NCBI GenBank assembly: GCA_937903605.1 | Contig: CALCZC010000007.1 | Location: forward strand, 37,982-101,981 | Source of the DNA: an uncultured bacterium | GTDB lineage: Bacteria; Patescibacteriota; Patescibacteriia; Magasanikbacterales; GWA2-37-8 | DNA: 64,000 bases | Reading direction: 5' to 3' | Shown: one piece after another, positions 37,285 through 46,495 of the stretch | How positions within the stretch are numbered: position 1 is the first letter of the stretch | Layout: every line of letters starts with the position of its first letter | The notes under the pieces: generated by a model | What the model saw: only the letters and a program-made list of their open reading frames with translations | The model's database searches: none | What the model was told of the DNA's origin: nothing | Translations under genes and position numbers: made by a program

Positions 37285-38268
37285 TTATATTCCCCATTCA
37301 AACTTCTCCGTCGCTTCATTGTAATAATACAGTTCTTTGATTTTGGAATCTCCATATTTATCCGCGGTTTTTTCTAATACTTCAAAGACGCCTTCTGTGT
37401 CTATAATCTCACCTGTTTCATCTTTGGGAAAAAATTGAAGTATTTTGGATTTGATTTCAGAGTAAGATGGTGGGTTTTGAGTCATAGGTTTTGTCTCAGT
37501 TTTCGGAAGGTTGTTTTCCGACTTTTTTTCAATTTTTGGTTTTATTTTTTTTATCAACGGATCGATTTTTTCTTGAAGTAAAATATGATATTCTTCTACG
37601 GTTTTTAAACTATCGGCAACTTCCGGGTGAAACGCTTTGTCCAACTCTTTGAGCACCATCTCTTTTTCCACGGTCAAAATATTTTTGATAAATATTATAT
37701 AATTTTGTAAAATTTTATCTCTATCAAAAACATAATATTTATCCAAAAGTTCAATGTCGGGACAGAAAATAACAGGCTTGAGTAAAATTTTCAACCCCTC
37801 TACATCGCTTTCATTTTTGATTTTATCTTTACAAATATCCAAAATATCGGAAAAAAAATAGTTTTTACTTCCCATCTTGGCAATTATGGCTTTGGAGTCT
37901 CGTAGCGCTTGTTTGGTTTTTTCATATACTTCTACTTTTTCTATCAAATCATAAACCGGAGAAGATAAAAACATCAATAAATCAAACCATGTATCATTAC
38001 CGAGAAGCAAAGCGATATGGAAATGGTTAGAAAAAATCTTTATAAACTCCTCTGTTTTATAACCACCGAGTTTTTGCCAAACCAAAAAAGTATACCAACG
38101 TTGATAACTGGCCAAATCTTCAAATTGCGTTTGCGCGTCAACTTGCACCTTCCCCAACATTGTTTCCAAGAAAATTTCCTTATCTTCAGGGTTATTCAAA
38201 AATTCGTCGAATTTTTTCTCAATCTCCGCAATACCTTCTTCAGTTAATTTGTTTGGATCGTCAATCAT
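37285..38268 (-). CDS. Hypothetical soluble protein (327 aa), co-oriented between the multi-TM protein and the giant protein
   Basis: Uninterrupted ORF with no TM and no recognisable motifs. The 17-nt gap to the upstream gene suggests an operon. Confidence 0.45.
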   Translation of the reverse strand: MIDDPNKLTEEGIAEIEKKFDEFLNNPEDKEIFLETMLGKVQVDAQTQFEDLASYQRWYTFLVWQKLGGYKTEEFIKIFSNHFHIALLLGNDTWFDLLMFLSSPVYDLIEKVEVYEKTKQALRDSKAIIAKMGSKNYFFSDILDICKDKIKNESDVEGLKILLKPVIFCPDIELLDKYYVFDRDKILQNYIIFIKNILTVEKEMVLKELDKAFHPEVADSLKTVEEYHILLQEKIDPLIKKIKPKIEKKSENNLPKTETKPMTQNPPSYSEIKSKILQFFPKDETGEIIDTEGVFEVLEKTADKYGDSKIKELYYYNEATEKFEWGI

Positions 38269-38285
38269 AAAAATAGTTAGAAAAA

Positions 38286-41200
38286 TTATGATCTTTTAGC
38301 TTTATCTATTTTGTCTGTCAAGATTTTAATTCTTTGTTCTAGGACCTTTTTACCATCGCCTTCTTTTACTGATTTTAAGAGAGTATTAACGAGTTTTTCA
38401 AATTGATTAACATTACTTTTATTGACAGCGGCTTCGTTTATAGAGGCAAAGATAGTGGTAAAATCTTTATTACCCAGAGCCTGACCACTTTTTCCTTTAA
38501 ATATAGAATCTACATATTTTAAAACTTCATCCCCTATACCACACATTATACCGTCTGCATTTACACTCCCCAACGTAGTTAATTTATCGGCTTTTCCTCT
38601 TTCTATAGCGTAAGAAAAATCATTACTCGGTTTTTCTCGCCAAGCATATATAAGTTTACCGGTGGCTCTATCAATTTCCTCTGATATTAAACCAACACCG
38701 GTAAAATCACCGCTCATAGAGGCCTTTTTAAAATTATTAGCAAGTGTACCCAAAAAAGATTGGTATTCTCCTTCGCTAGAAAATCTATCTCTCAGCTTAT
38801 CTTTTCCTTCTTCTTCCTTACCTTTCTCAACATAGCTTCCTAACAGTTGTGTGAGTACTGCCCTATCCCTGTTTTCCATATTTATTTCTCCTTCTTTCGC
38901 AAAAAACCCGGTTTCATTTAAACAGGCCACTCTAGTATCACGAGAATTTTCTCCACCAACACTGGCATTATATGAAGCCAAAGCTGCCTTTCCTCTGTAT
39001 AATTTAGCAAGCTCCTTTTTTAAATCTTTATAGCCTTGAGTGTTAATATCTGTCGCTTTACTTATCGCCATTTCAACTTTTGCTATCGCTTTAACTTGTC
39101 CTTTTTCTGCTGCTTCTAGTTGTTTAGGGGTCAGGTTACTTAAAATTTCAGCATCTTTTTTAATAGCAAGATTATTAGCTGACGCTTCCATGGCATCCCC
39201 ACGAACTGGGTCTCCTGAACGTCTATAAGCGTCTCCTGTGTCCTTAAGAGCAATTTGTTGCTTCTTTATTTCTTCGTCGCTTAATTCTATACCTTTACCC
39301 GCTATATCTCTTATCCTGGCAAATTCTTTATCTCCTGCAGCAATATCTTTATCCACTTTTTCCTTCCCTTCAATTCTAACATTTCCGGCTTGGGCTTTAA
39401 GACTTTCTATTTCGACTTCCAATTTTTCAGCTCCTTCTATTTTATCTATAGATAATTTTTCTAACCCTTTTAATTCGTCTTTATAATCTCTTAAAAAACC
39501 TTCACTCATTGCTCTACCTTCGTCGGTTATGGTAGGATCTTTTAAAAAATCTTCTAACTCTTTAATTTGCTCTTTCTTTTTTCCTATCTGATTGTCAATA
39601 TTATTATATTCTTCTTGGACACCGGACAATTCTCCTTCTTTTTTTCCTGCTTCCTCCTCGAGTCTTTTGGCTTCTTTTTCTATTGGAACCATTCCTTCGG
39701 TTCTTTGTTTTTCTATTCCTTCTCTCCACTTTTTTTCTGACTCGTCTTGTTCGCCTTTGACTAACTGTTCTCGCTGTTTGTTGATTTGATTCGCCTCACG
39801 TTGTTTGGTGTTTAATTCATCAATAATTATTTTATGAGCATCATTTTGTCTAAATTTACCTTCAACTTCTTGAAGGATAGCCGGCATACCGGCTTCTTTT
39901 AATTTTTCTCTTTGCTGTAAATTATATTTTAGCAATTCTGTTTCTTTTTTAGCTTCAAAAGTAGCTAGAGTACCGACTTGACTATCAAAAATTCCTTTTC
40001 TTGTGTCTAATTGTTTTTTTCTAGCCGCTCTCAATTTTTCACGTTCCATATATTTATCCGCTCTATTGGCCCAGAAACCTTTCTCGCCTGTTAATTTTTC
40101 TTTATCGTAACTTCTTTCCAAAAAAGCCAGTCCCCTTAGTTGAGCCATATCTTTTAGATCACCCCCTATATTAACGGCTTCGTTTTTGATTCCGCCCCAA
40201 GTTTTTTTAACTCCCCAACCAAGAGCAGCAACGCCGGACGCTGTCATCGCTACTTTCTTGGCAGTGCTCATCGCCGAGCTCAAAGCTCCGGCACCACGTA
40301 CGCCAAGTTGTTGAGTTTTTTCAACACCAACCATGAGTAAAGCTATGGCAATAGCAAAGGAAGCCATAGTCGGCCATTCTAACATTTCATTGATGCCAGA
40401 GCTAGCTCCCTCAACAGAAAAAACTTGTGTTACAGCACCTTCGTCTCTGGTAAAATTTTTATTTTCAAATTCTTCATTATATATTTCTCCGCTACCGGCG
40501 ACAGCAAACGATAACCAAAAGAAAAAAGCTAAAATCGGCCCGGCTAAAACGTGGTTGTTAAATTCTTTCCACCACTCAGTAGCATATTTTTGGGTTGCTG
40601 GTAAAACACTACTGATAAAAGCTACAGGAGATAATATGATAAGCACCCACAATACCACCACCCTGTACAACATGATAACCATATAGGCTCCCAAAACAAA
40701 AAAACTGATAACACTAAAAAATACAGTTGCTACTGCAGCTATCAAATAACTGATATCATTTATTTTTTCAGCTTCAGCTTGTGTTGATAACAACCAACCT
40801 TTTTGCAATTTCAAGGCATTTATAACATTACCTCCAGCAGTAGCCGCAAAACCATTGACAAAAGTCATGGTAAAAACCTGAGCCGCATCTATAATTACCC
40901 CGCAAATCAAGCGGCTAAAATTTACCAATACGGCAGCAAAAACTAATTTAACTAAAAGTTTTTTCCATTCATATTGTTCCAAACCAAGTACTGTGCCAAA
41001 AGCAATAACCAATAAAATCAAAACAAAAAACATATTTACCACATCACGCACTAATACCCATCCTAAAATAACTGTTTTTGAATTTATAAAATCATTATAA
41101 CTGGCAATAGTAATAAAAAAATTGGTAGCAAATATAGTCAAGCCGATAAACAGCTTGGCCATAGCCCAACAAATCAAAGTGATAAGCGAACCAATTCCCG

Positions 41201-41363
41201 CCGCAACCGTATCTGTTACCCAACCAAAAGCAGCGCTAGCTTCATTAGTGTTGATTACAAAAAATAATAAAAAGAATAACAAAAACAATGAGAGAAACTT
41301 TCTTCTATCCCCTCTTGTTTTAAAATTCAAAATATTCTTAATTTTTCCCAAAAAAGACGACAT
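38286..41363 (-). CDS. Multi-pass membrane protein (signal peptide + about 6-7 TM) with an about 700-aa charged coiled-coil C-terminal region. VirB6/TrbL-like architecture (hypothesis only)
   Basis: N-terminal hydrophobic helices (GIGSLITLICWAMAKLFIGLTIFATNFFITIA, FVLILLVIAFGTVLGL, LVFAAVLVNFSRLICGVIIDAAQVF, YLIAAVATVFFSVISFFVLGAYMVIMLYRVVVLWVLIILSPVAFI, GPILAFFFWLSFAVAG). Then E/K/R-rich heptad repeats to the C-terminus. Confidence 0.55.
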   Translation of the reverse strand: MSSFLGKIKNILNFKTRGDRRKFLSLFLLFFLLFFVINTNEASAAFGWVTDTVAAGIGSLITLICWAMAKLFIGLTIFATNFFITIASYNDFINSKTVILGWVLVRDVVNMFFVLILLVIAFGTVLGLEQYEWKKLLVKLVFAAVLVNFSRLICGVIIDAAQVFTMTFVNGFAATAGGNVINALKLQKGWLLSTQAEAEKINDISYLIAAVATVFFSVISFFVLGAYMVIMLYRVVVLWVLIILSPVAFISSVLPATQKYATEWWKEFNNHVLAGPILAFFFWLSFAVAGSGEIYNEEFENKNFTRDEGAVTQVFSVEGASSGINEMLEWPTMASFAIAIALLMVGVEKTQQLGVRGAGALSSAMSTAKKVAMTASGVAALGWGVKKTWGGIKNEAVNIGGDLKDMAQLRGLAFLERSYDKEKLTGEKGFWANRADKYMEREKLRAARKKQLDTRKGIFDSQVGTLATFEAKKETELLKYNLQQREKLKEAGMPAILQEVEGKFRQNDAHKIIIDELNTKQREANQINKQREQLVKGEQDESEKKWREGIEKQRTEGMVPIEKEAKRLEEEAGKKEGELSGVQEEYNNIDNQIGKKKEQIKELEDFLKDPTITDEGRAMSEGFLRDYKDELKGLEKLSIDKIEGAEKLEVEIESLKAQAGNVRIEGKEKVDKDIAAGDKEFARIRDIAGKGIELSDEEIKKQQIALKDTGDAYRRSGDPVRGDAMEASANNLAIKKDAEILSNLTPKQLEAAEKGQVKAIAKVEMAISKATDINTQGYKDLKKELAKLYRGKAALASYNASVGGENSRDTRVACLNETGFFAKEGEINMENRDRAVLTQLLGSYVEKGKEEEGKDKLRDRFSSEGEYQSFLGTLANNFKKASMSGDFTGVGLISEEIDRATGKLIYAWREKPSNDFSYAIERGKADKLTTLGSVNADGIMCGIGDEVLKYVDSIFKGKSGQALGNKDFTTIFASINEAAVNKSNVNQFEKLVNTLLKSVKEGDGKKVLEQRIKILTDKIDKAKRS

Positions 41364-41645
41364 GGTATATGAAAATTAGTCGCCTAAACCACTTCCAAAA
41401 ACAAAATTTTGAAAGTCATTTTGGACAAATATATTATAACACCTTTTGGCTAAAATTACAAAATAAAAACTATCCACAGGGCACTAGAAGCTTCGCTTGC
41501 GTACCCTGCAGGCAGGCCATAAATTATTATAATAGTTAGAAAATAAAAAAATTACAGAGATTTAAATTTATTTAAAAATCAAAATAGCAAAATTAATACT
41601 ACTTAATACAAGATATTTTTGGCTAATATCAGCAAAAATAGACTA

Positions 41646-41674
41646 TTGACAAAAATGACGAAATATGATATAAT
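41646..41674 (+). promoter_or_regulatory. Consensus sigma-70-type promoter TTGACA-17-TATAAT
   Basis: TTGACA 41646-41651, 17-nt spacer, TATAAT 41669-41674, then AAGGAG RBS and ATG at 41708. Confidence 0.6.
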
Positions 41675-41707
41675 ACTTTGTTCTTTAACAATTTAAAGGA
41701 GTTTAAC

Positions 41708-42154
41708 ATGGTAGCCGAGTTTATTAATAAAACCAGGATAGTGATTCTCAGACACAAAGAAGTATTTGAAACAAATCAAACCTATTTGGATATAACCAAA
41801 AGATTTGATGAGTTGGTTGATTTGTATTATACAAAGGACCAGAAAAAAGCCGTGTCAGACGCAAAACTGGAAGAAATGGCTAGAGAATTGCTTATGGAAT
41901 ATTATGCCTTTGAGTCTAACCACAGAAAGAATCGCTTTTTGTTGAGACAAAAAATGAAAAAGGAAGAAATAAAGAAAAAAGCCAGTTATATAGAAAATGT
42001 TGGCAATGCAAAAGCCAAGAGTAACCAAATTACCCTCTTCGTTGCAATTTTTGTCATTCTGGGTTTAATTTCAATATTTTCAGTTTCTTCTCCGTGGTTT
42101 TTTGGTATACTTTTTATAGTTGGTATTTATATCTTTTATAATGAAACACTTTGA
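41708..42154 (+). CDS. Small membrane protein with an ~85-aa soluble N-domain and C-terminal TM, paralog 1 (start trimmed to the MVAEF after the RBS)
   Basis: VAEFINKTRIVILRHKEVFETNQTYLDITKRFDELVDLYYTKDQKKAVSDAKLEEMARELLMEYYAFES is paralogous to the N-terminus of the next gene. C-terminal TM LFVAIFVILGLISIF. Confidence 0.5.
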   Translation: MVAEFINKTRIVILRHKEVFETNQTYLDITKRFDELVDLYYTKDQKKAVSDAKLEEMARELLMEYYAFESNHRKNRFLLRQKMKKEEIKKKASYIENVGNAKAKSNQITLFVAIFVILGLISIFSVSSPWFFGILFIVGIYIFYNETL

Positions 42155-42172
42155 ACTTAAGAGGAGGCTGAC

Positions 42173-42799
42173 ATGGTAGCACAATTACTCTCTGAAGCCA
42201 GAGAAATAATCACCAAGCACCAGAAGGTGTTTGAAAACAATGAGGAATATTACGAAATAGTGGAAGAATTTGACAGGCTGGTTGATTTATATTATCACGA
42301 CAACCCGATGAAAGAGGTTTCCGAAGAAGAACTAAAAAAAATGACCTCAGCGCTAATAAACAAATATTTTAGCTTTGAGTCAAAATATGCTTATGCAAAA
42401 TTTTCTTCGGACAAGAAAGACTTTGCTTTATTGGCCAGAACACTTTCCTATATCGCTGTTATTGTGAGTATTATCCTGGCTTTTCTCGCTGACTTCTTTA
42501 TCATTTTTGCACTAAGCACAGTGACCGTTTTCTTGATCTTGCGCGAATGCAGGTTTGACGAAAGATTCTTTTTCGTTCCACGCAACATAAATTCCTATCC
42601 TTTCGGTTATATAGAATATTCTATAGTCGCCGGAGCGATTACTATCTTCTGTTTCATTTACCTGCTTTTGCAAAACCATGTCGCTGTTGGCTGGATATTT
42701 TTGGCGATGATGGCGGTAGAGATTTCAATCCTATTAGCCTATCAAAGAGAGATCAATGAATTAAAGCTTAGACAAAAATATCCTAAACCGAAGAAATAA
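42173..42799 (+). CDS. Small membrane protein, paralog 2 (shared N-domain plus 3-4 TM)
   Basis: VAQLLSEAREIITKHQKVFENNEEYYEIVEEFDRLVDLYYHDNPMKEVSEEELKKMTSALINKYFSFES. RBS GAGGAGG. 19-nt gap from the previous gene. Confidence 0.5.
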   Translation: MVAQLLSEAREIITKHQKVFENNEEYYEIVEEFDRLVDLYYHDNPMKEVSEEELKKMTSALINKYFSFESKYAYAKFSSDKKDFALLARTLSYIAVIVSIILAFLADFFIIFALSTVTVFLILRECRFDERFFFVPRNINSYPFGYIEYSIVAGAITIFCFIYLLLQNHVAVGWIFLAMMAVEISILLAYQREINELKLRQKYPKPKK

Positions 42800-42812
42800 C
42801 AAAAGGGGGTGA

Positions 42813-43067
42813 TTGATGAAAATAGAAAAGATATCCCAGCCTCCCCAAAAAGGAGATAATGATAAAGAAGAGATTAAAAATCGAGAATCTTTGATCGCGG
42901 AACAAAAGACAAAGAAACAAGCTGTCATTCTCTTGATCATTTTGGTAATAGCCTGGATTTTGATGGCTGTAATTATTCTTACCGTTCCCGCTTTGACTGA
43001 TATTATCAAATTTTTCAGTATCGTCGTGGCAATTTTTTTTGTGGACACGATAAAAAAACTCCTTTAG
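42813..43067 (+). CDS. Small single-TM protein (84 aa)
   Basis: RBS GGGGGTG, charged N-terminus, TM AVILLIILVIAWILMAVIILTV. Followed by a terminator. Confidence 0.4.
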   Translation: MMKIEKISQPPQKGDNDKEEIKNRESLIAEQKTKKQAVILLIILVIAWILMAVIILTVPALTDIIKFFSIVVAIFFVDTIKKLL

Positions 43068-43075
43068 ACAGTATT

Positions 43076-43102
43076 ACAAGGCTCTACGGAGCCTTGTTTT
43101 TT
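43076..43102 (+). terminator. Rho-independent terminator
   Basis: CAAGGCTC TACG GAGCCTTG + TTTTTT. Confidence 0.6.
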
Positions 43103-43216
43103 ATTATTTTTTAACTTAATTTCAAACAGACTTCTTACACTTGACCAAATCTAAAAATTGGGATAATCTAACATGATTGGTTCATTGACAATAAACACAA
43201 CATAAAGGAGATTATC

Positions 43217-44434
43217 ATGGAAGATTGGCAAAAAAACGGAATGATCAAATGGGATGCTTGGCAGTACATGTTTGTAGGCGACGCTTTGAAGCTACAGACT
43301 AGTACTATGAACGAATCATTGAACAAACATCGTGAACTGGTTTGTCGGGAATATTTACGCAACACCGACCGACTCATTGCCAGCCAGGAAACTATTTACG
43401 AAATCATTGACGGGATCGTAGAAAAAATTTCAAAAAAACAGAACCCCTCAACTGTCGTTGTAGCCGACAATAGTAATTTATTGTCGGAATCATTTATCCG
43501 AGGCACCAGTCAAGTTTTATCAAGTCTGTCCTATCTGCAAGCAGATATCAACGCTGGATTTAACGATATCAATGAAAAGCTCGAGGATATCACTGAAGCA
43601 ATTGATAATTTGGGAGCTTCGTTCAATTGGGGCGTAGATAGGCTGGTCTGGCACTTAAATGACATCAAAAATGTTATTCAAATGCCGATTGACAACAAAG
43701 CACTGAACTATCGCATGCGCGGTATCAACGCTTATCAAAATGGTTGGTTTGAAGAAGCTCTTAAAGAATTTACCCATGCCAACTCTTTTTATGAGTACGA
43801 TTTTATTACTCATCAGTACTTGGGAGATCTTTATCTTTATTACAAAAAGGATTTGAGCAAAGCTCTTGAACATTTTAGTCGCGCCGCGAAGTATTCAATG
43901 GTGCGAAACGCTTCAAAAGAACACAAAAAAATAAGCAGTTGGGCGGAATTACATGTCGGTCTTGTGTTCTACAAAAGAAATAGTTTTGAAGAAGCGGCCC
44001 AAGCCGCTTATCGTGCCTCAACCAAAAATCCGAGTCCTGAAGCCATGTATCAGCTAGGGCATTATCTTTCCTTAACCAAAAAGAGAGATGAGAGATTGAA
44101 GCAAATTATCAGTGCCTTTGAACAGGCTATTCGTGAAGATCCGGTTTATTTTCTAAAAATAGATATGGACCATAATCTTTTTGAAAGGGATCTTCATGTA
44201 GTAAAAAATGAGATGCGGGCACTGAAAGAATCTCTTTTTGCAGAAGAGAAAGAAAAAGCTCGTCGGAAAATATCCGCACTAAAAAAACTTTTTGAATCAA
44301 ACAACTGGCACTACAACTACAACACCAAAAGTAAAATAGAAAAGTTCCGAGAAGACTTGAATTTGGTAGAAAAAATGTATAAAGAACGTCAAAGTTATTT
44401 GGATTTTCGAATCATCCAAGAGATATGCGGTTGA
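43217..44434 (+). CDS. Hypothetical protein with a TPR-like helical repeat C-terminal half
   Basis: NAYQNGWFEEALKEFTHANSFYEYDFITHQYLGDLYLYYKKDLSKALEHFSRAAKY and AYRASTKNPSPEAMYQLGHYL fit TPR consensus positions. Own promoter (TTGACC-17-TAATCT) and terminator. Confidence 0.45.
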   Translation: MEDWQKNGMIKWDAWQYMFVGDALKLQTSTMNESLNKHRELVCREYLRNTDRLIASQETIYEIIDGIVEKISKKQNPSTVVVADNSNLLSESFIRGTSQVLSSLSYLQADINAGFNDINEKLEDITEAIDNLGASFNWGVDRLVWHLNDIKNVIQMPIDNKALNYRMRGINAYQNGWFEEALKEFTHANSFYEYDFITHQYLGDLYLYYKKDLSKALEHFSRAAKYSMVRNASKEHKKISSWAELHVGLVFYKRNSFEEAAQAAYRASTKNPSPEAMYQLGHYLSLTKKRDERLKQIISAFEQAIREDPVYFLKIDMDHNLFERDLHVVKNEMRALKESLFAEEKEKARRKISALKKLFESNNWHYNYNTKSKIEKFREDLNLVEKMYKERQSYLDFRIIQEICG

Positions 44435-44474
44435 TATTATTAAAATCTATTTGAAATGTTGTGTAATCTTATCA

Positions 44475-44500
44475 AGCGGACTAACTAGTCCGCTTTTTTA
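44475..44500 (+). terminator. Rho-independent terminator
   Basis: AGCGGACT AACT AGTCCGCT + TTTTTT. Confidence 0.6.
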
Positions 44501-44598
44501 TTTGATATTTTATTATTCTTTACTCTTGACTAAATTTGAAATTTAAGTTAATCTAATATGATTAGTTATTTAACAATTTAAACAAGAGGAGAAGAAAA

Positions 44599-45219
44599 AT
44601 GAAAAAACCGGAAAGTCTTTCTGATCAACTTGAAAAACTCACAAAATTATCAGACGCTGAACGCGAAGAAGACAAAAAACGAGCTTTAGAGAGAGAAAAA
44701 AAGGCCAAAGAAGAAGAGGCGGCTCGAAAACTAGCCAGGGAAAGAGAGGACCAACGAAAACAAAAAATGATTCGGGACAAACAGGAGGAAGAAAGAAGAG
44801 AAAGAGAGCGTGAACAATGGAAAAAAGAAGAAAAGAAGAGAGAGAAAGAAAGAGAGAGAGAAATAGAGAGAGCGGAAGAAGAAAGGCGGTTAAAAGAAGA
44901 AATAGAAACGACTTTATTATTTAGAAATATTATTGCGATTATTTTAACCATATTGGCAATAATTGTAGCTCTGGTAAACGCAGAAATTAGTAATAATAAA
45001 GAGTTGGAAGAAGCGCTTAGTATGGTAGTCGTAGGAGGTCTTATCTCTTTATTTTTTCCTCCAACTATATTCTTCGTGGGAGTCGGTATAATTATTCTTT
45101 TAGACTCCTTTATTGCGATAGTTATACCGGTCGCTGTTTGTACGGTCGTTATCGTCTTTGTTTTATCGGAAATATTTCTACGATTAGTTTATGGTTTTAA
45201 CTTTCGTGACAAAATTTGA
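44599..45219 (+). CDS. Membrane protein with a highly charged E/R/K-repeat N-terminal half and 2-3 C-terminal TM helices
   Basis: REREREQWKKEEKKREKEREREIERAEEERR low-complexity charged region, then IIAIILTILAIIVALV and GVGIIILLDSFIAIVIPVAVCTVVIVFVL. Confidence 0.45.
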   Translation: MKKPESLSDQLEKLTKLSDAEREEDKKRALEREKKAKEEEAARKLAREREDQRKQKMIRDKQEEERREREREQWKKEEKKREKEREREIERAEEERRLKEEIETTLLFRNIIAIILTILAIIVALVNAEISNNKELEEALSMVVVGGLISLFFPPTIFFVGVGIIILLDSFIAIVIPVAVCTVVIVFVLSEIFLRLVYGFNFRDKI

Positions 45220-45239
45220 TCTTTCCAAAACCCCAACAA

Positions 45240-45265
45240 ACGAGTCTAATGACTCGTTTTTTTTA
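45240..45265 (+). terminator. Rho-independent terminator
   Basis: ACGAGTC TAAT GACTCGT + TTTTTTTT. Confidence 0.6.
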
Positions 45266-45289
45266 TCTAGATAGTAATGTTTTCCTCTC

Positions 45290-45318
45290 TTGACACGATT
45301 TTACAAATATAATATAAT
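45290..45318 (+). promoter_or_regulatory. Consensus promoter TTGACA-17-TATAAT for the DHH-like gene
   Basis: TTGACA 45290-45295, TATAAT 45313-45318. Same architecture as the promoters at 43141 and 44526. Confidence 0.55.
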
Positions 45319-45364
45319 GATTGGTTCCTGGATAAACGGAGAGAGACAGGGCGAAACGAACGAT

Positions 45365-46495
45365 ATGCTCAATACTTACGAACAATTTAAAAAGCTAATA
45401 GATAACAGCAAAAGCGTGCTGGTTATTTTTGCTAACAAAAATAACGAAGATTGCGCCGCCGGAGCGTTGGCTTTGAAAAAATACATCAAAAAAATGAATA
45501 AGTTTGCTGAGGTTGTGGCTGAAGATTTTCAAGCGCCGCGACAATTGGGTTTTTTGAGTGAATTGGAAAAAATAAAACCCGCCATCACCAATTTACAAAA
45601 AATGATCATCAAAGTTGATATTTCTCGCACCAAGTTGGAAACTATTTCCTATGATGTCAAAGACAGCACATTATCTATTTTCCTAACACCCAAAGAAGGT
45701 TTTATCACCAAAAATGATTTGCGTACCGCTCAGTCAACTTATAAATATGATTTGATAATTACTGTCGGGGTGGCTGATTTGGAATCTCTTGGTTCTGTTT
45801 TTTTCAACAACACCGATCTATTTTATCGCACTCCGATAGTTAATTTTGATTATCATGCGGGAAATGAAAATTTCGGCCAATTAAATTTCAACGAAGTTAC
45901 CGCCACTTCCAATTGCGAACTTATTTTTACCACTTTGACAAAAATAAACGAACCTTTGATAGACAAAGATATTGCCACCGCTTTGCTCACAGGGATGATT
46001 TCTCAAACCAAAAGTTTCAAAACTCAAAATGTCACCCCGCATACTCTCAATCTGGCCAGTAAATTGATGAATTTGGGAGCTGATCGCGAGCTCATAGTTC
46101 AAAATCTTTATCGCACCAAAACCATAGCGGTTTTGAAGCTCTGGGGTAAAGCTCTGACTAATTTACAAAATGATATTAATGCCGGTCTTTTTTGGACAAC
46201 CATAACTTCGGAAGATTTTGCCAAAACCGGTGCGCAAGAAGAAGAACTCAAAGATATTATTAATGAGCTTATCGGCAACTCTCCCGAGGCCAAAGCCGTA
46301 CTCTTGCTTTATGAAACAAAAAATAAAAGCATTCAGGGGATTTTAAATGCGGAAAAAGAATTTGACGCCATGCATTTGTTAAATAAATTTTCTCCTGTTG
46401 GCAATCGTAAACAAGCGATTTTCAAAATAACAAACAAAAATTTAAAACAGGCGGAGGAAGAAGTGATAAGCGAGTTGAAAATAAAAATGAGATAA
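45365..46495 (+). CDS. DHH-family phosphoesterase-like protein (NrnA-like fold; catalytic DHH replaced by DYH, possibly inactive). Start trimmed to downstream of the promoter
   Basis: VLVIFANKNNEDCAAGALAL (compare the DHH motif I-II region), LIITVGVADLESLG (motif III), NFDYHAGNENFG (motif IV, DHH changed to DYH). No clear GGGH DHHA1 motif. Confidence 0.45.
   Translation: MLNTYEQFKKLIDNSKSVLVIFANKNNEDCAAGALALKKYIKKMNKFAEVVAEDFQAPRQLGFLSELEKIKPAITNLQKMIIKVDISRTKLETISYDVKDSTLSIFLTPKEGFITKNDLRTAQSTYKYDLIITVGVADLESLGSVFFNNTDLFYRTPIVNFDYHAGNENFGQLNFNEVTATSNCELIFTTLTKINEPLIDKDIATALLTGMISQTKSFKTQNVTPHTLNLASKLMNLGADRELIVQNLYRTKTIAVLKLWGKALTNLQNDINAGLFWTTITSEDFAKTGAQEEELKDIINELIGNSPEAKAVLLLYETKNKSIQGILNAEKEFDAMHLLNKFSPVGNRKQAIFKITNKNLKQAEEEVISELKIKMR

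Noticed and set aside
38286-41363. Calling the region a type IV secretion system
   Set aside because: Only the VirB6-like architecture is suggestive. No VirB4, VirD4, VirB11 or pilin gene is present in the 64 kb. Kept as a hypothesis only.
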